Made by a program: the position numbers and the translations under genes | Source: Nitrososphaerota archaeon | Lineage (GTDB): Archaea > Thermoproteota > Nitrososphaeria > Nitrososphaerales > UBA57 | NCBI GenBank assembly: GCA_013378385.1 | Contig: JACAFS010000003.1 | Location: 417-32,416, forward strand | Direction: 5' to 3' | DNA: 32,000 bases | The notes under the pieces: generated by a model | The model's database searches: none | What the model saw: only the letters and a program-made list of their open reading frames with translations | Told to the model about the DNA's origin: nothing | Part shown: piece after piece, positions 28,530 to 32,000 of the stretch | Position numbering within the stretch: position 1 is the first letter of the stretch | Layout of the letters: each line of letters opens with the position of its first letter

Positions 28530-29771
28530 ATGCTGATTTATATTATGCAAAAAATTCCTTGTCAACCTGAGATAAATATTGGTACTGCAGGTCATGTAGA
28601 TCATGGTAAAAGTACTATAGTTGATGCAATTACCGGTAAATGGACAAGTGCTCATAGCGAAGAACTTCGTCGAGGAATTACTATTAAAGTAGGATATGCC
28701 GACGCCGGCTTTTATCAATGTAAATGTGAAGGACCTTATAATTATTCAACTCAAGAATCTTGTTCTAAATGTAAAACTAAAGGTAAATTACAACGTGTTA
28801 TAAGTTTTGTAGATGTTCCTGGACATGAAAGTTTAATGGCCAACATGTTATCTGGCGCCGCTTTAATTGATGGAGCTATTCTAATTATATCTGCTAATGA
28901 AGAAGTTCCAAAACCTCAAACGCGTGAACATCTTCTTGCGTTACAGATGCTTGGCACTAAACAAATTGTCATTGCCCAGAACAAAGTTGATTTGGTATCT
29001 ACCAAAGAAGCACAAAATAACTATAAAAAAATTAAACAATTTGTCAAAGGCACTGTTGCTGAAAAAGCTCCGATTATTCCAATATCTGCTCAGCATGGGC
29101 TCAATATTGACGCTTTAATCTCTGCAATAGAAAGTAATATCAAAACTCCTGAAAAAGATAAACAATCTTCTCCATCTCTCCAAGTCCTACGTTCTTTTGA
29201 TATAAATCGCCCTGGCATATCATTAAATAAATTAGTTGGCGGTGTATTAGGAGGGTCACTATCTAAGGGAGTTTTTGAAGTAGGAGATGAAATTGAAATT
29301 CGACCTGGATTTCTTAATAAAAAATCTGATAAATATCAATCTCTCTTTAGCAAAATTTCTAGCTTAAGTAGCAGCGCTGGATTAATGGATAAAGTTTATC
29401 CTAGTGGATTAGTTGCAATTGGAACGGATCTGGATCCATCTCTAACAAAAAGCGATTCTTTCGTTGGATCAGTTGTTGGACATCCAAATGAACTTCCTGA
29501 AACATATTATTCTATTAATGTCGATCTCGATCTCTTTGATTTTGCTATTGGATCAACTGATATGATAAAAGTAGAAAAATTAAAGCGAAATGAAGCATTA
29601 CGAATAAACTCAGGTACTGCAGTTACTGCCGGAGTGGTTACTAATGTAAGTAATGACAATGCTACTATTGATTTACGACGTCCTATTACCGCCGAACAAA
29701 AAAGTCGATTATCTATTAGTCGAAGACTTGGAGATCGTTGGCGTCTAATTGGAGCGGGGGTAATCTCTTAA
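28530..29771 (+). CDS. eif2g: translation initiation factor aIF2 gamma subunit
   Basis: 'GHVDHGKST', 'DVPGHE' and 'QNKVD' are present, with the zinc knuckle 'CKCEG...CSKCK'. An alternative ATG lies at 28545. Confidence 0.95.
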   Translation: MLIYIMQKIPCQPEINIGTAGHVDHGKSTIVDAITGKWTSAHSEELRRGITIKVGYADAGFYQCKCEGPYNYSTQESCSKCKTKGKLQRVISFVDVPGHESLMANMLSGAALIDGAILIISANEEVPKPQTREHLLALQMLGTKQIVIAQNKVDLVSTKEAQNNYKKIKQFVKGTVAEKAPIIPISAQHGLNIDALISAIESNIKTPEKDKQSSPSLQVLRSFDINRPGISLNKLVGGVLGGSLSKGVFEVGDEIEIRPGFLNKKSDKYQSLFSKISSLSSSAGLMDKVYPSGLVAIGTDLDPSLTKSDSFVGSVVGHPNELPETYYSINVDLDLFDFAIGSTDMIKVEKLKRNEALRINSGTAVTAGVVTNVSNDNATIDLRRPITAEQKSRLSISRRLGDRWRLIGAGVIS

Positions 29772-29775
29772 CATC

Positions 29776-30174
29776 TTGAGAACTATTGTCCTTGATACTA
29801 GTTTCTTAATTCATGTTGCTAATAATCCTCTACCTAGTTCTGATTACCTGTCAGATATCAAATCTTATAATTTAGTCACAATTGACGACGTTGTTCAAGA
29901 ATTATTTGGTCTCTCTCACGATCGAAAAAATTCCTCTAAAACTAAACGTTCAAAAGAAGCCAATCTTGCCCTTCAATATATTAAAGATATCCCAAAAGAA
30001 AAGATCGATGGCTCTGGCACAACCGATGATAAACTCCTTACTTATACGACTAGAAACCATGATATAATTGCAAGTTTAGACCGCGGCATACTCAATAAGG
30101 CCATTAGTCTCAATATAGATTCGGTCACTATTGAAAAACAACGCTTAATCTGGCGTATAAATTATAATCGCTGA
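29776..30174 (+). CDS. PIN-domain protein, Fcf1/Utp24-like (COG1412-type)
   Basis: The N-terminal acidic PIN motif 'IVLDTSFLI' is present, plus later 'TTDDKLL' and 'ASLD'. It holds the conserved archaeal position after aIF2-gamma. The start is TTG. Confidence 0.7.
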   Translation: MRTIVLDTSFLIHVANNPLPSSDYLSDIKSYNLVTIDDVVQELFGLSHDRKNSSKTKRSKEANLALQYIKDIPKEKIDGSGTTDDKLLTYTTRNHDIIASLDRGILNKAISLNIDSVTIEKQRLIWRINYNR

Positions 30175-30243
30175 AATGATTCCCAAAAATCGAAAAATTC
30201 ATATTGCTCCCTTTCGCGTTAACATTATTCTAGGTATATAGAT

Positions 30244-30825
30244 ATGTTTCAAATTATAGAAGCCGAAGACGTTGTACGTGTAGAACCACTAGACTTTAGT
30301 GAATCCCTAAATAAAATGGCTGAAAAAATGCTAAAAATTAAATATGAAAGTACGCTTTCTCCTGAATTTGGATATATTGTACTCATCATTAATGTTAAAG
30401 CCGATAAGGTCGGAAAAATACTTCCTAGTGATGGAGCTACTTATCATAGTGTTCATTTTAAAATTCTTACCTACCTGCCTAAATTACAAGAAGTTGTTGA
30501 AGGTGAAGTTGTAGAAATTACTGATTTTGGTGCATTTATTCGAATTGGACCGACCGATGCATTATTACATTTGTCTCAAATTACTGATGAATATCTTAAC
30601 AGTGATGTCCGTCAGGGTTTGATTACTGCACAACAAAGCAGTCGTACAATTAGTGTTGGTACTCGAATGCGAGTTCGTGTAACTGCATTAAGTCTAGCTC
30701 GAGGTAGTTCTATGGGTAAAATCGGCGTTACTTGCAGACAACCATTTCTTGGTGCAACTGATTGGATTGAAGAAGATCTTAAAAAAACCTCAAAACCAGC
30801 TTCTAAGAAAAAGGAATCTGAATAA
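30244..30825 (+). CDS. rpoE: DNA-directed RNA polymerase subunit E' (Rpo7)
   Basis: The S1 domain 'VEGEVVEITDFGAFIRIGPTDALLHLSQI' follows an N-terminal Rpb7-like domain. Confidence 0.9.
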   Translation: MFQIIEAEDVVRVEPLDFSESLNKMAEKMLKIKYESTLSPEFGYIVLIINVKADKVGKILPSDGATYHSVHFKILTYLPKLQEVVEGEVVEITDFGAFIRIGPTDALLHLSQITDEYLNSDVRQGLITAQQSSRTISVGTRMRVRVTALSLARGSSMGKIGVTCRQPFLGATDWIEEDLKKTSKPASKKKESE

Positions 30826-30827
30826 TA

Positions 30828-31022
30828 ATGGCTAAAGAACTAGCTTGCAGAAAATGTAAAATCATCATACCATCTTCAGGTCGTGTTTGTCCTAGTTGCG
30901 GTGGTACTGATTTAAGTACTGACTGGTCCGGTCTAATTGTATTATCTAATCCTGATAAATCTCAAGTTGCTAAACAATTGGATTTTACAAAACCAGGTCG
31001 ATACGCTATTAAAGTATCTTAA
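30828..31022 (+). CDS. spt4: transcription elongation factor Spt4 (RpoE'')
   Basis: The zinc ribbon 'CRKC...CPSCGG' is present. The protein is 64 aa and lies directly after rpoE'. Confidence 0.8.
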   Translation: MAKELACRKCKIIIPSSGRVCPSCGGTDLSTDWSGLIVLSNPDKSQVAKQLDFTKPGRYAIKVS

Positions 31023-31054
31023 TTCTAATCTTCTAATAATACTTATGATGTAAA

Positions 31055-31582
31055 TTGGACGTAAAAAATCTCCCAAAAAAATACCGAGATTTTCTTAAAC
31101 GTCCTTTTGGCGAATTGATAAATTCCTCTAATCCTTCATTTCATGAAATAGATTCCATAATAAATAATTATTCATTCTTAATTACTGTTGGAGACGCGTC
31201 ATCTGAAAATATCTCTAAATTAGGAATTAAAGCTAATATACAAATTATTGATCTAATGGAACGTAGGCATAAACGTACTTTTCCTAAATTACATTGGACT
31301 GAAAAAAGATCCATTGATAATCCTCCAGGCACTCTGTCCACAGAATCGATTGTTCTAATACATGATTTAATCACACAAAATACCGATTCTCTTGTAGTTG
31401 TTAATGGAGAAGAAGACCTTCTTGCTTTACCATCGATCCTTTTTGCTCCGTTGAACGCGTATGTCCTCTATGGCCAACCAAATGAAGGTCTAGTTGTAGT
31501 CTCTGTTACTGAATCATTAAAAATCAAAGTTCAAGGTATATTAATAGAAATGGGTTTTAGTGAAAATATACTAAAGTATTAA
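31055..31582 (+). CDS. GTP-dependent dephospho-CoA kinase (DUF359/COG1909 family)
   Basis: 'ITVGDASS' and 'VNGEEDLLALP' are present. It holds the conserved archaeal position between spt4 and S24e. The start is TTG. Confidence 0.72.
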   Translation: MDVKNLPKKYRDFLKRPFGELINSSNPSFHEIDSIINNYSFLITVGDASSENISKLGIKANIQIIDLMERRHKRTFPKLHWTEKRSIDNPPGTLSTESIVLIHDLITQNTDSLVVVNGEEDLLALPSILFAPLNAYVLYGQPNEGLVVVSVTESLKIKVQGILIEMGFSENILKY

Positions 31583-31609
31583 TAGTTGAAATTATTAAGC
31601 CTTGTATCG

Positions 31610-32000
31610 ATGAACTTCACAAAATTTGAAAAACGAGCAAATCCATTGCTAGAAAGAACTGAAATCTCTGCAATTTTCGATATTGAAAACACATCATTTA
31701 ATCGACGTGAAGCTTCTACCTTAATCGCAAAAGAAGCTAAAATCAATCCTGACACAGTTTATTCTATTAAATTATCTAATAGTGCTGGTTCACATTATGT
31801 TTCTGGTTTATTTTACGTCTATAAAGATGAAAATACCGCCAAAATGTATTTACCAAAATTTATTTTAAATAGAAATGTTCCAAAGATAGAAGAAAAGCCA
31901 GCTGAAGAAGCTAAGGCGGAAGAAAAGCCAGCTGAAGAAGCTAAGGCGGAAGAAAAGCCAGCTGAAGAAGCTAAGGCGGAAGAAAAGCCAGCTGAAGAAG
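31610..32000 (+). CDS. rps24e: 30S ribosomal protein S24e (eS24), 3'-truncated by the window, with a tandem-repeat C-terminal extension
   Basis: This ORF is not in the ORF track because it has no stop. My own translation from the ATG at 31610 reads MNFTKFEKRANPLLERTEISAIF...YVYKDENTAKMYLPKF, followed by (EEKPAEEAKA)n that is still open at base 32000. Confidence 0.85.
   Translation, partial: MNFTKFEKRANPLLERTEISAIFDIENTSFNRREASTLIAKEAKINPDTVYSIKLSNSAGSHYVSGLFYVYKDENTAKMYLPKFILNRNVPKIEEKPAEEAKAEEKPAEEAKAEEKPAEEAKAEEKPAEE
31889..32000 (+). repeat. At least 3.7 perfect tandem copies of the 30-bp unit gaagaaaagccagctgaagaagctaaggcg; the array runs off the window
   Basis: By direct reading, 31889-31918, 31919-31948 and 31949-31978 are identical, and 31979-32000 is a partial fourth copy. 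Confidence 0.97.

Noticed and set aside
26263-29771. Inteins, frameshifts or split genes in the large GTPases (aIF5B, aIF2-gamma) and in glmS and gltX.
   Set aside because: The ORFs are continuous and of normal length. The G1-G4 motifs are in normal order and no Hint/LAGLIDADG-like insert is visible.

Overview
The window is an AT-rich archaeal chromosomal segment, almost entirely coding with short or overlapping gene junctions. It is archaeal because it encodes L7Ae, S28e, L24e, S6e, S24e, L18e, RNA polymerase subunits D/N/E', Spt4, aIF2-gamma, aIF5B and an isopentenyl-phosphate-kinase mevalonate route. Composition and gene order suggest a Nitrosopumilus-like thaumarchaeon, but that is only an inference. 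All products were assigned from motifs I recognise in the supplied translations; no database search was possible.

Gene content from left to right:
- DsrE-like fragment, an orphan ORF and 5-formyl-THF cyclo-ligase.
- larE and larB, convergent with larC (nickel-pincer cofactor synthesis, no larA in the window).
- An intron-containing tRNA-Val(UAC).
- A CDGSH Fe-S protein convergent with glmS.
- S11-S4-S13 on the minus strand, divergent from rpoD-L18e-L13-S9-rpoN-eno-S2.
- mvk-ipk-fni-GGPP synthase-gltX-AlkP family protein.
- A minus-strand trpEGDCBA operon.
- L7Ae-S28e-L24e-ndk-aIF5B-S6e-aIF2gamma-PIN-rpoE'-spt4-dephospho-CoA kinase-S24e.

Most unusual signals:
- A nearly identical in-frame 30-bp tandem repeat encodes EEKPA[E/K]EAKA tails on three different small-subunit ribosomal proteins (S4, S6e, S24e). 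The S4 copy is inverted relative to the other two.
- The tRNA-Val has a 22-nt intron in the D-loop with a clean bulge-helix-bulge fold.
- TTG start codons are very frequent, about 13 of 41 scorable starts.

I found no CRISPR array, mobile element, rRNA or obvious defence system.
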